From IMG/VR virus record IMGVR_UViG_3300021437_000002: DNA of 64,000 nucleotides; one strand, 5' to 3'. The notes beneath the pieces were generated by a model. The model was given only the letters and a program-made list of their open reading frames with translations. It was not told the DNA's origin and ran no database searches. Of this stretch, positions 53,098 to 61,245 are shown piece after piece. Position 1 is the first letter of the stretch; each line of letters starts with the position of its first letter. This stretch comes from a virus. Both the position numbers and the translations under genes were made by a program.

Positions 53098-53445
53098 TTA
53101 TGTGGCCGGCTTCTTCTTTCTCGCTGTGAGTGACCAATTCTCCAGCCCGGGCGCCGTGAGAAACATGGCCGTGTTCTCCACCGGCGGACGAGTGGTCGTC
53201 CGGCTTTCTTCTCGGTGCTCGGCAATGCGGGTGCGGATCGGCCTGACGATGATCTCCACCAGTTTCCGCACTGACAGCACGCGGTGTGATCCGCAGGCCA
53301 GACAGCCATTCGCCACGCTGAGGCCATTGGCGATCATGCCGCAGTCCTCACAGACCCATGCGATGTGCGCGGGGAACCAGGCGGGGGCGTGTGTCTTATG
53401 GACGCGCGGTTCCGAGAGCCAGCGAAAGAATTTTCTGAGTGTCAT
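53098..53445 (-). CDS. zinc-ribbon protein
   Basis: ATG at 53445 follows GGGAGGAGG. Contains CEDCG...CLACG. Confidence 0.5.
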   Translation of the reverse strand: MTLRKFFRWLSEPRVHKTHAPAWFPAHIAWVCEDCGMIANGLSVANGCLACGSHRVLSVRKLVEIIVRPIRTRIAEHREESRTTTRPPVENTAMFLTAPGLENWSLTARKKKPAT

Positions 53446-53509
53446 AGGGCCTCCTCCCTGTTCATCTGTGCTTCTTTGGTTGGTGTAGTGATTTGAAAAT
53501 GATCTGTGG

Positions 53510-54043
53510 TCACTGCCGCTCCTCCGGCGCTGTGGGTTCACAAACGCCCTCAATTGCCTGTGCTAGAGCCAGGGAAATTCCATAGGGGATGAGCGCACGA
53601 AGAGCTGCTTGATTTTTTCCGCTCGGGATATTCGTTTTGCCGTAACAATGGTTTGTGAGGAAGAGCGGGAATCTGCCCCACAAATAGCGTGACCCGATTC
53701 GCAAGTAGCGTCTGCCAAGATAGGGGACGGCTCCACGCACATTTTCAAGTATCCACCAACGTGGCTTGATGCTGGCAATAAGGCGCATCGTCGCAAGGCA
53801 GCATGAGAGATCCGGCTTTATTCCTCGATGGGTCCAGGGCTGATCCTCACGCGAGAAATCTGTGCAGGGTGGGCTTGCCCAGAGGAGATCAGGGCGTGTT
53901 CCGCTCCATTGCCAGTCACGAATATCAGCCAAAATGTCTGGCTTTCGAGCAGGATCATTATCTATCATCACCACCTCCCAACCGCGCTCTTTCATAGCGC
54001 GGCTTGCACCTCCCAGGCCGCTAAAGAGATCTAGCATCAGCAT
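53510..54043 (-). CDS. small DNA (cytosine-5)-methyltransferase
   Basis: DLFSGLGG (motif I), SPPCTDFS (motif IV) and ILENV (motif VI). Only about 177 aa from the ATG at 54043. Confidence 0.7.
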   Translation of the reverse strand: MLMLDLFSGLGGASRAMKERGWEVVMIDNDPARKPDILADIRDWQWSGTRPDLLWASPPCTDFSREDQPWTHRGIKPDLSCCLATMRLIASIKPRWWILENVRGAVPYLGRRYLRIGSRYLWGRFPLFLTNHCYGKTNIPSGKNQAALRALIPYGISLALAQAIEGVCEPTAPEERQ

Positions 54044-54324
54044 TCCCGCCCCTCGATCGCCGTTGCTGGCTGCCTGAGTGCCCGTTCGATCTGCTCGATC
54101 TGCTTCCTCAGCGAGCGCTCCATTACGGCACAGGCGAGCCGTTGCTGGACCCAAAACTCTTCCGGGTAGGTCTCGGCCAGAATCCACCAGACGGTGAGTA
54201 CAGGGCTCTTTCGCATGAAGTGCTGCGCCTCCTCCCGCAGATGCGGCGGGATCTTGGCTTCGATCGCTACGGCGGCTTTTTGGTACTGGGACAGGCATTG
54301 CCTGAGATCATTGGTGGTATTCAT
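54037..54324 (-). CDS. hypothetical protein
   Basis: ATG at 54324 (MNTTNDLRQ...). The longer ORF to 54447 would read through the pentanucleotide tract. Confidence 0.5.
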   Translation of the reverse strand: MNTTNDLRQCLSQYQKAAVAIEAKIPPHLREEAQHFMRKSPVLTVWWILAETYPEEFWVQQRLACAVMERSLRKQIEQIERALRQPATAIEGREC

Positions 54325-54330
54325 GCGTAT

Positions 54331-54439
54331 TTGCCCGGCCCTGCCATGCCCTGCCATGCCCGGCCACGCCCCGCCACGCCTTGCCCCGCCCTGCCATGCC
54401 TTGCCTTGCCACGCCTTGCCCTGCCGCGCCACGCCCCGC
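54331..54439. repeat. (NNGCC)n pentanucleotide-phased tract, 21 perfect units
   Basis: GCC recurs at every fifth position from 54331 to 54435. The tract fills the spacer between genes 54324 and 54444. Confidence 0.9.
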
Positions 54440-54443
54440 GTAC

Positions 54444-54962
54444 TCACTGTTTTTCTCCCTTCTGCTGCTCCTGAAGCAGCTTCTCCGCGATGGCAACCAT
54501 CTCATCAATAGACTGCTTGAGTTTCTCGCTCTGTTCGCGCAATTGCCGGACTTCATCGACAGTAATTTTTTCCATGCGGAAAATCTTCGAGGACACCTGA
54601 AAGATGGTTGCCTGACTGAGTGTGATCTCCCCGAGTATACGAGCGGGAGAACGGCGGATTGTCACAGTGGGTTTGGGCATCGCAATGAGGTCGCATTGAT
54701 CCAAGAGACAGGACCAGAGGCGCATATTCCGGTGGAGCGCCACAAAGAGTGCAGGCATCTTACGTGCCGGTATATCGCGGCTCTGATTAAGCCAGCGATG
54801 CACGACCATCTCCCCTTCCTCTATGCCAGGGGACAGCGCAATCTCTTTCAGCGTCATCCGGTTTTCCCAGACGATCCGGCGCACCGTGTCTGCTGGCTGC
54901 ACCTCCCGGTAGCGTCGGTAGGTTTTTTTAGACTGGGTTTCCGTTTCAACAGCGAGTGACAT
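54444..54962 (-). CDS. hypothetical regulatory-looking protein
   Basis: ATG at 54962. 172 aa with a C-terminal coiled coil. Confidence 0.45.
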   Translation of the reverse strand: MSLAVETETQSKKTYRRYREVQPADTVRRIVWENRMTLKEIALSPGIEEGEMVVHRWLNQSRDIPARKMPALFVALHRNMRLWSCLLDQCDLIAMPKPTVTIRRSPARILGEITLSQATIFQVSSKIFRMEKITVDEVRQLREQSEKLKQSIDEMVAIAEKLLQEQQKGEKQ

Positions 54963-54972
54963 ATCATCACCT

Positions 54973-55251
54973 TCAGTGCAGCACAGGAGGTGTGCCGTGT
55001 TGCACTGATTTTTGCTCAGCCTTGAACTGCTCCCACGTCGCCTTTTCCAGCGCCACCAGATCACGCGCGGCAGTGTCAGGCCGGTCGACGGTCAGCAATT
55101 GTTCCACGTCGCCTTGGCGGACGAAGATCTTGCCGCGCGGGTTGACCCGGTAGGCTTTCAGTTCACCGTCCGCGATTTTGCGCCGCAATGTTGAAGCCGA
55201 AGGCCCCAGCAATTTGGCAGCCTGCTCCAGGGAAATGTATTTGGGCGGCAT
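54973..55251 (-). CDS. excisionase-family (MerR-like HTH) DNA-binding protein
   Basis: ISLEQAAKLLGPSASTLRRKIADGELKAYRV fits the HTH_17 pattern. Confidence 0.6.
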   Translation of the reverse strand: MPPKYISLEQAAKLLGPSASTLRRKIADGELKAYRVNPRGKIFVRQGDVEQLLTVDRPDTAARDLVALEKATWEQFKAEQKSVQHGTPPVLH

Positions 55252-55253
55252 GG

Positions 55254-55463
55254 CTAACTCTCCGCAGCGCTCTTGTGGTTGTACGTCCGCTCAGAGACCG
55301 GCTGTATCTCAAGCCGCTGGGCGATCTCCTGTAGCGATCGCATCAGCCACTCCATGCCGCATTTGCACTGCACGAAGCGGTGCAGCTTGAGGTCGCAGTG
55401 CGGGCCATCGGCGCCGCAGGGGCAGGCAGGCTGAGTAAACTGCGTGTGTGGATGCAGGTGCAT
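55254..55463 (-). CDS. hypothetical protein
   Basis: 69-aa ORF. Confidence 0.4.
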   Translation of the reverse strand: MHLHPHTQFTQPACPCGADGPHCDLKLHRFVQCKCGMEWLMRSLQEIAQRLEIQPVSERTYNHKSAAES

Positions 55464-55472
55464 GGCGGAGCC

Positions 55473-55790
55473 CTATCCTTTCTTCTTGGCGGCCTGGTAG
55501 AGATCAAAGCATGTTTCGCACAGCAGCGAGAATAGACCGCCCCTGCTATAGGGTGTGCCCGGCAGGTGGTCCCATCGCAGCCAGTCGCGACTTGTCCTCT
55601 CCGCACCGCAGAGCGTCGGCGAGTCCTCGGATTTCCCGCTGCGGATGTGAATGGTCTGCTGCGGTGTGGGCTCCGGTATGGAGAGCCTGCGGAGCGCCGA
55701 CATGTCCACCCTGAAGGGGTCGGCACGAGTGCCGCTGCCTAACGGATCTGGGAGTCTGTGGCGTCGCATGCTGAGATTCCTCATAGACAC
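55473..55790 (-). CDS. hypothetical protein
   Basis: 105-aa ORF. Confidence 0.4.
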   Translation of the reverse strand: MSMRNLSMRRHRLPDPLGSGTRADPFRVDMSALRRLSIPEPTPQQTIHIRSGKSEDSPTLCGAERTSRDWLRWDHLPGTPYSRGGLFSLLCETCFDLYQAAKKKG

Positions 55791-55981
55791 TTGGGACAGA
55801 AACGCTGGAGTGTGTGAAAGTCGCGCGGGTTGATGTCACCCGGCGGCCGCGCCGGCGTGAAGATGACCTTGCACTTCGCGCAGCAGGCTAGACCGATGTC
55901 CGCGAGCGTGCTGCGTCGAAACTGGCCGCTGCGTGCCCGGGCAATCAGGCGCCCATTCGCGGCTTTGTAGAAGTGCGACAC
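55781..55981 (-). CDS. small Cys-containing protein
   Basis: 66-aa ORF containing CCAKC...CPKC. Confidence 0.4.
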   Translation of the reverse strand: MSHFYKAANGRLIARARSGQFRRSTLADIGLACCAKCKVIFTPARPPGDINPRDFHTLQRFCPKCL

Positions 55982-55990
55982 GATGGGCTC

Positions 55991-56251
55991 CTATGCGGCG
56001 TGCTGGGCGTCCTGGGCGTCGCGCGCCGGTTTCGGCTTCAGGAGAATTTTGGAAAGAGGCACCCCGAGGGCGTCGGCGATGGCCTGCTGAATGAGGCGAT
56101 TCCGATAACGGCCAGCGATATGATTAGAAATTGTCGGCTGTGTAAGTCCCGCCACCAGGCCACTCACCTTTTTCCCCTGCTGGGCGAGAAGTACCTTGAC
56201 TTTCCGATAGTCGAGAGGGTAAAGATTTGTTAGAGAATAGATATTTTTCAT
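55991..56251 (-). CDS. Cro-like HTH regulator
   Basis: GLTQPTISNHIAGRY is an HTH segment. First gene of the minus-strand operon, divergent from the CI-like gene. Confidence 0.6.
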   Translation of the reverse strand: MKNIYSLTNLYPLDYRKVKVLLAQQGKKVSGLVAGLTQPTISNHIAGRYRNRLIQQAIADALGVPLSKILLKPKPARDAQDAQHAA

Positions 56252-56292
56252 AACAGATGCATATGTACGCTAAATTGTCGTGATAGTCAAGC

Positions 56293-56305
56293 GGGACAAA
56301 GTCCC
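56293..56305. promoter_or_regulatory. palindrome GGGACAAAGTCCC in the divergent switch region
   Basis: Perfect 5-3-5 inverted repeat between the Cro-like and CI-like genes. Confidence 0.3.
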
Positions 56306-56319
56306 CCGATAAAATAAAT

Positions 56320-56619
56320 ATGAAATTGGCGAAAGAAGAACAGAAACGGCGGGGCGCGCTCCTCAAAGAGTTGCGCGAGCGGCGTGGGCTGACACAGCCG
56401 CAGGTCGTTATGCAGCTTGACCCAGACGATCCCATCAATTTCATTCGTCGCTATCAGCGGTGGGAATCTGGTGGGAGTTGGGAAACCTTCGCTGAGCCTG
56501 GGCTTGCGCTCTTTTTTGGCGTGGAACTGGATTACTTCCGGCGCGGGGCTGGCCTCATAAAACCCAACGATGAGCCGAAGCCGAAAAAGAAGGAAACCGC
56601 TGCCTCGCGCGCAGGTTAA
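56320..56619 (+). CDS. CI-like XRE-family HTH repressor
   Basis: LKELRERRGLTQPQVVMQL is an HTH_XRE-type segment. Divergent from the Cro-like gene. Confidence 0.6.
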   Translation: MKLAKEEQKRRGALLKELRERRGLTQPQVVMQLDPDDPINFIRRYQRWESGGSWETFAEPGLALFFGVELDYFRRGAGLIKPNDEPKPKKKETAASRAG

Positions 56620-56730
56620 AAAAGAAGGGAAGGTGATTTATCTTTTCCGGCGACCTGCCGATGGGAAGTAAATGAGGGGTAAGGTAACAATCTGTGATGG
56701 AAAATTTGACAACGTGCGAGAAGATGGCTA

Positions 56731-57279
56731 GTGATGCCCACAAAGGAGAAAAATATGGTCACCGGGCTAAAACTCTGGGGGAGCCTCTTAATAATGGGAG
56801 GAATTTTGATCGTCAGCCATGCAACGAATGCCATCCTTGAAATAGAGGCGGGGATTGTTTTTTTGATGGCAACAGTGAGTTTGGGACTGGCGGGAATCAT
56901 CGAGGCTGTGACTCACGCAGAGGTGACTTTGCGCCAGAAGCTTGATGTTCTCATTGCCTACGGGGAACCACCAGAACCGCCAGAGGAAAAGTATGAAAAT
57001 GACAACGGAGAGCGTAGTGGGACAATGGCTACGATACTCTGTTTGCTCCTTCTCCTGCTTTCTTCTCCAGCCTTTGCCCGATCCGGTTCTGCCCGTTTCC
57101 CGCGAAGTTCCACGGTGCGCATGCACTTTCTGAAGGTGCATGGTTTGACCCATACGCCGGCGGGTTGCCAGGTTGACCACATTCAGCCGCTGATGAAGGG
57201 CGGTCTTGATGCGGAGAGTAATATGCAGATTCTCTGCGGTGAGGCACTCCGGCAAAAAGAGCGCACGGAACGGCGCTAG
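56731..57279 (+). CDS. membrane segment fused in frame to a signal-peptide HNH nuclease module
   Basis: Two TM spans, then MATILCLLLLLLSSPAFA (internal ATG at 57025), then CQVDHIQPLMKGGLDAESNMQILC (HNH). Confidence 0.5.
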   Translation: MMPTKEKNMVTGLKLWGSLLIMGGILIVSHATNAILEIEAGIVFLMATVSLGLAGIIEAVTHAEVTLRQKLDVLIAYGEPPEPPEEKYENDNGERSGTMATILCLLLLLLSSPAFARSGSARFPRSSTVRMHFLKVHGLTHTPAGCQVDHIQPLMKGGLDAESNMQILCGEALRQKERTERR

Positions 57280-57289
57280 AGGAATTCTC

Positions 57290-57694
57290 ATGGATCGATT
57301 ACGATTGTCTCTCTTGCTTTTCCTCCTCCTCTCCGGCTGCGGCGCGGCCTACAACGCCCAGCACGGCACCTCGACCGGGGCCCACTGCACCGTCGTCAAC
57401 CCAGCCGGGACAAATCTGATGATCCCGGTCACCAGCCCTGGGACGGTCGGCTGGAACTATCCGACGAACTATCTGGTCGGTTGGGAGCAGTGCTATCTGC
57501 CGGCGGGGACGCAGGTGGAGATCACCGGACCCGGCGACTTGAAGATCGGCACCACGAGGGTGATCAGCTCAGGCGCGAAAGTCTGCTCGGGCAATGCGGA
57601 GCTGTCGGACCTGGGCCAGTGCTCGGGCGGGGAAACGATGACACAGGCGATTTTCCCGTTTACGAAACCCTTACCCATCCTGAGACAAGACTAA
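57290..57694 (+). CDS. lipoprotein (moron/superinfection-exclusion candidate)
   Basis: MDRLRLSLLLFLLLSGC with an LSGC lipobox. Confidence 0.6.
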   Translation: MDRLRLSLLLFLLLSGCGAAYNAQHGTSTGAHCTVVNPAGTNLMIPVTSPGTVGWNYPTNYLVGWEQCYLPAGTQVEITGPGDLKIGTTRVISSGAKVCSGNAELSDLGQCSGGETMTQAIFPFTKPLPILRQD

Positions 57695-57709
57695 CCAGGA
57701 AGTCACGCA

Positions 57710-58027
57710 ATGGCCTACATGCGCGGGGAGATTTATATCTGGGCGAATGACACCCACATCCATTTCTGGGCGTGTGAGGGGTATGACGGCTGGGATAAAA
57801 CGGGGTGGCATGACTCGTCGATGCGCGCGAAGGCAGCATCCGGGGTCGCCCTGCCTCATGACGTAGCAGATGAATTCGTTGTGATGCGTCTGGCCCAAAT
57901 GCTCGATGAAGGTTGTCTGACAGATGCTGTCGCGCGTGCCGTAGGGAAGTGGAGAGGCAACGGCGGCTGTCACGCACTTATTGAATATGCCGGCGTGCTG
58001 TGCGAGGTCGCGACGAGAGGAAAGTGA
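57710..58027 (+). CDS. hypothetical protein
   Basis: 105-aa ORF. Confidence 0.45.
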   Translation: MAYMRGEIYIWANDTHIHFWACEGYDGWDKTGWHDSSMRAKAASGVALPHDVADEFVVMRLAQMLDEGCLTDAVARAVGKWRGNGGCHALIEYAGVLCEVATRGK

Positions 58028-58034
58028 CATCCTC

Positions 58035-59114
58035 ATGGGCGTGCTCGTCCGCAAACGATCGGGTAAGGAGCACCTTGGTTGGTGGGTCATCACCACGCAC
58101 CGGGGCAAGCGCAAGTATCGGCTTGTTGGCGACAAGGCTGCGGCAGAGCAGTATGCCAAGAAAATGCGCCAAACCATCGCGCTCGGCGATTTCCCCAGTA
58201 AGCAAACCGTTCCTGCCCTGCGCGTCTTCTTCGAGCGCTGGCTGGCCGATCACGCCAAGCTCTACTGCAAGCCCAGCACCTACCAGCTCTATGCCATGAC
58301 CTGGCGTCTATGGATTGCGCCGCGGCTCGGCGATCAACCGCTCACGCAGATCACCAGGGACGATATCCGCGCGCTCATTGCCCATATGACCGATGCCGGC
58401 AAAAGCCGCCCATACATTAAGGGCACGCTGGCGCCGCTCTCCGCTGTATTCGCCCGGGCGATTGAGGATCAAGTGCTCTCCCGCAACCCGGTGGCCCGGA
58501 TCATCCCCACGGTGCGCGGGGACGTGCAGAAACGAGTCGGGACGGCTCTCACCAAGGATCAACTGATCCATCTTCTGGAGACCTGCCGCAAGAAGCTCCC
58601 GCTATGGTACCCACTGATTTTGCTCTATGCGCGCAGTGGGTTGCGCCTGCGTGAGGCGTTGGCGCTGCAATGGGGGGACGTCGACTTCATGCACGGCTGC
58701 CTATGGATACGGCGCACGCTCACGCCGAGCGGACAAATCCAGATCCCCAAGGGCGGTAGGGCAGAGCGAGTAGATCTGAGTACGCAGCTTGCCGAGGTCT
58801 TGCGCGCCGCGAAGCCAGCGCACGTCGCGGACACCGACCTGGTCTTCCCGAACAAGCGCGGGCGTCCGGTCAACGCCAGTAACTTCCGCACCCGCCCGTG
58901 GCGCCGGCTCTTTATCCTGGCTGGGATCCCCCGCATTCGGATTCACGACCTACGGCATACTTTCGCGACGCGGCTGCTGGAGGAGGGGGAGAACCTCGCC
59001 TACGTCCAGCAGCAACTCAGACACCGCTCGATCCGCACGACGGTCGATCTGTACGGACACCTGCAGCCGGGCTACAATCGCGGGGCGGTGGATAAGCTGG
59101 ATGACGCACGCTAG
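58035..59114 (+). CDS. int: tyrosine integrase
   Basis: ARSGLRLREAL, RIHDLRHTFATRLLEEG and TTVDLYGH fit the R...HxxR...Y catalytic pattern. ATG at 58035. Confidence 0.9.
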   Translation: MGVLVRKRSGKEHLGWWVITTHRGKRKYRLVGDKAAAEQYAKKMRQTIALGDFPSKQTVPALRVFFERWLADHAKLYCKPSTYQLYAMTWRLWIAPRLGDQPLTQITRDDIRALIAHMTDAGKSRPYIKGTLAPLSAVFARAIEDQVLSRNPVARIIPTVRGDVQKRVGTALTKDQLIHLLETCRKKLPLWYPLILLYARSGLRLREALALQWGDVDFMHGCLWIRRTLTPSGQIQIPKGGRAERVDLSTQLAEVLRAAKPAHVADTDLVFPNKRGRPVNASNFRTRPWRRLFILAGIPRIRIHDLRHTFATRLLEEGENLAYVQQQLRHRSIRTTVDLYGHLQPGYNRGAVDKLDDAR

Positions 59115-60706
59115 GCAATGAACTGACTGATGACCTGCGGTGTCGCCGTATCGAAGCCTACGCAATCCAGCATACCGGCGTCTCTGGGGTCGGCGATGCT
59201 AAATTCGTTCGCGACCATACCTACCACGATGAGTTTTGCGCCAATTCCGGTCTTCTGACGGTATCGCTGCAATGCCTGTATCGGATGGATGCGACCTGCC
59301 CAGGTTTCTGAGTCTGTGTAAATCACGAACGCATCAGCCTGCATGTTATTTTTCAGTGCCCAGAGCATCGGAAGAGCGCAATCCGTGCCGCCCATAGGAA
59401 TGTCCTTCAAGCCTCTCACGACAGTATCGAGGCGCTGACAGCGGCTTATATCGACTGGCACCATCTCATGCGAAAACGTGACGAGTGCGAGTTGCTTCTC
59501 AGTTTTATAATTCACCATTGCCATTGCTGCTGATGCCTGACGCGGAGTGAGGCCAGGGATACCGGCGACTTCTCCGCTGTCCATCGAGCCTGACACGTCG
59601 AGCGCGAGTACAATTCGCTTGCCGGTCGGCTCCACTACCTGAAAGGAGAGGTAAAACGCACGGTCTAGCGCGTCCACGACCTCTGGAACGATCCCCCATT
59701 CTCCCTTTCCGCGCATGCCGTGACCTTGCTGATATGTGAGAAGAGCTGCGAGAACCGCTATCGGATGAATGCGTGCCTTCTTCAACTGGTCGGTGTCGGT
59801 GAGCCTCTGTGTGACCTGCTCGACTGCGCTCCATTGTCCCTTCGCGAGCACGCCGGCCTTGCTCAAGTTGCCAAGATTGCGAATGAGCGCCGTCAGCCCG
59901 AGAGTCGGTATGAGAGCCTCCCACACCTTGCGCGTGCGCTTCTCGGTCGGCACTGCCTCCAGCGGCAAGCAGTGTTTCTCGATGAGGCCGACTAGCGTCT
60001 TTTCCTCCGCCGTCTTTGCCTGCTCGAAACCGGCGATGACCCCGAGTTCCGGCGATAGTTCGTCGAGAGCGGGGAGTTTTACTGTTCCACGGCAGATCCA
60101 CTCAAACACCTGCTTGTGTGCGAGCGCCGCCGTCTTTGGGTGCGATAGGCGGAGTAAGTCTCTGTGTGACCACTTATCTCGCTGCTGATATTTTACAGTC
60201 TGGAATGTGAGGGTGGCGGCCTCTTTTTGCTCGTACCATGCGGCGATAGCGCGGCGCAGTCCTCTCCCCCAGCCTCGGAAGCCTTGGACATATTCTGCGA
60301 AGTGCAGGAGGTGGGTCCCGATCCGCGCGACACGCGGTAAGGCATCGAGGGCGGCACTTTTGGTGAGAGGATCTCCCAAGCCTGCGCACATCGCGAGCAC
60401 GAACAGCGCCGGGTCATTCTTCGGCGCTCGGCCTGCTTCGCTGATCTCTCTGGTGCGCGCGACGACCCGAGGTCCGTCCGCATGGATACACCGCAGGACG
60501 GCCTCGGCATTCTTTATGGTCATCTTGCGTGCTGAGGCGTAATAGGAGCCGCCTTCATTGCCCAATACAAGAAAGCGGTCAAGTCGTACCCAGTCATCGA
60601 CCGCAAAGGAAAATCCACCCGCCGAGTTTTCTACTTGCGTGCTGCCAGGAATCGGCTGCAATTGTGGGGTTTCCAGCACGTTGAAGTGCTGGGCGTAGTT
60701 GACCAT
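59111..60706 (-). CDS. rsr: Ro60/TROVE-domain protein with C-terminal vWA domain
   Basis: NSAGGFSFAVDDWVRLDRFLVLGNEGGSYYA (TROVE) and LALDVSGSM (MIDAS). ATG at 60706 follows AGGAGG. The 3' end overlaps the int stop by 4 nt. Confidence 0.8.
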   Translation of the reverse strand: MVNYAQHFNVLETPQLQPIPGSTQVENSAGGFSFAVDDWVRLDRFLVLGNEGGSYYASARKMTIKNAEAVLRCIHADGPRVVARTREISEAGRAPKNDPALFVLAMCAGLGDPLTKSAALDALPRVARIGTHLLHFAEYVQGFRGWGRGLRRAIAAWYEQKEAATLTFQTVKYQQRDKWSHRDLLRLSHPKTAALAHKQVFEWICRGTVKLPALDELSPELGVIAGFEQAKTAEEKTLVGLIEKHCLPLEAVPTEKRTRKVWEALIPTLGLTALIRNLGNLSKAGVLAKGQWSAVEQVTQRLTDTDQLKKARIHPIAVLAALLTYQQGHGMRGKGEWGIVPEVVDALDRAFYLSFQVVEPTGKRIVLALDVSGSMDSGEVAGIPGLTPRQASAAMAMVNYKTEKQLALVTFSHEMVPVDISRCQRLDTVVRGLKDIPMGGTDCALPMLWALKNNMQADAFVIYTDSETWAGRIHPIQALQRYRQKTGIGAKLIVVGMVANEFSIADPRDAGMLDCVGFDTATPQVISQFIA

Positions 60707-61196
60707 CGTTCCTCCTGCTGAATCGGACGTGTTGCCATAGAGCATTTTATCTGAGCAGGATAACGCTCCATGTCCGGCCCGATCCTGATAATGAGAACTG
60801 GCTTGGCGTGCGGATGTGTGGTTGCTCCAGGGGTCATTGCCAGATAACCCTGGAACTTCGACCCGCAACGGAATCCTTACACGAGAATGATATACTCCGC
60901 AACTGAGGCGCACCAGGGTCGAAGGGGTCTCACGAGGATGAGGGATTTTCCGGGGGTTGGTGAGGGGAAAGGGGCCATTCTAAGTGGTCGGAATCACAAG
61001 AAAACTGAGGAATTGCGCCAGTTTAGGTCAGGACACGCTTTCTTGATGTCGATGATCCTATTCCCTCTGGCCCTACTTAAAATTCCGCATACTTCGCTGA
61101 CACTCTCGTGTTTATATTGAGACCCGAGTCTCATTTGGGGCGCAGATCGTCACTTTACTGAAGCTCACTCGTTTGCGCATGGGTCGTGAATGTCGC

Positions 61197-61228
61197 CAGC
61201 GCGACCGGCTGCGACCGGCCGCGGGGGG
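61197..61228. repeat. GC-rich palindromic element, copy 1
   Basis: CAGCGCGACCGGCTGCGACCGGCCGCGGGGGG is identical to 62758-62789. Lies just 3' of a minus-strand gene. Confidence 0.8.
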
Positions 61229-61245
61229 AGACTCAGTTACAGCAA

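Noticed and set aside
54037-54447. Longer 136-aa form of the ORF, reading the pentanucleotide tract as ARQGKAWQGKAWQG...
   Set aside because: A 5-nt repeat gives a pentapeptide repeat in every frame and on both strands. An internal ATG at 54324 starts the non-repetitive part. The repeat is treated as non-coding.
60887-61120. 77-aa plus-strand ORF in the rsr upstream region
   Set aside because: It has no RBS or motif and lies in a region better explained as structured non-coding sequence.
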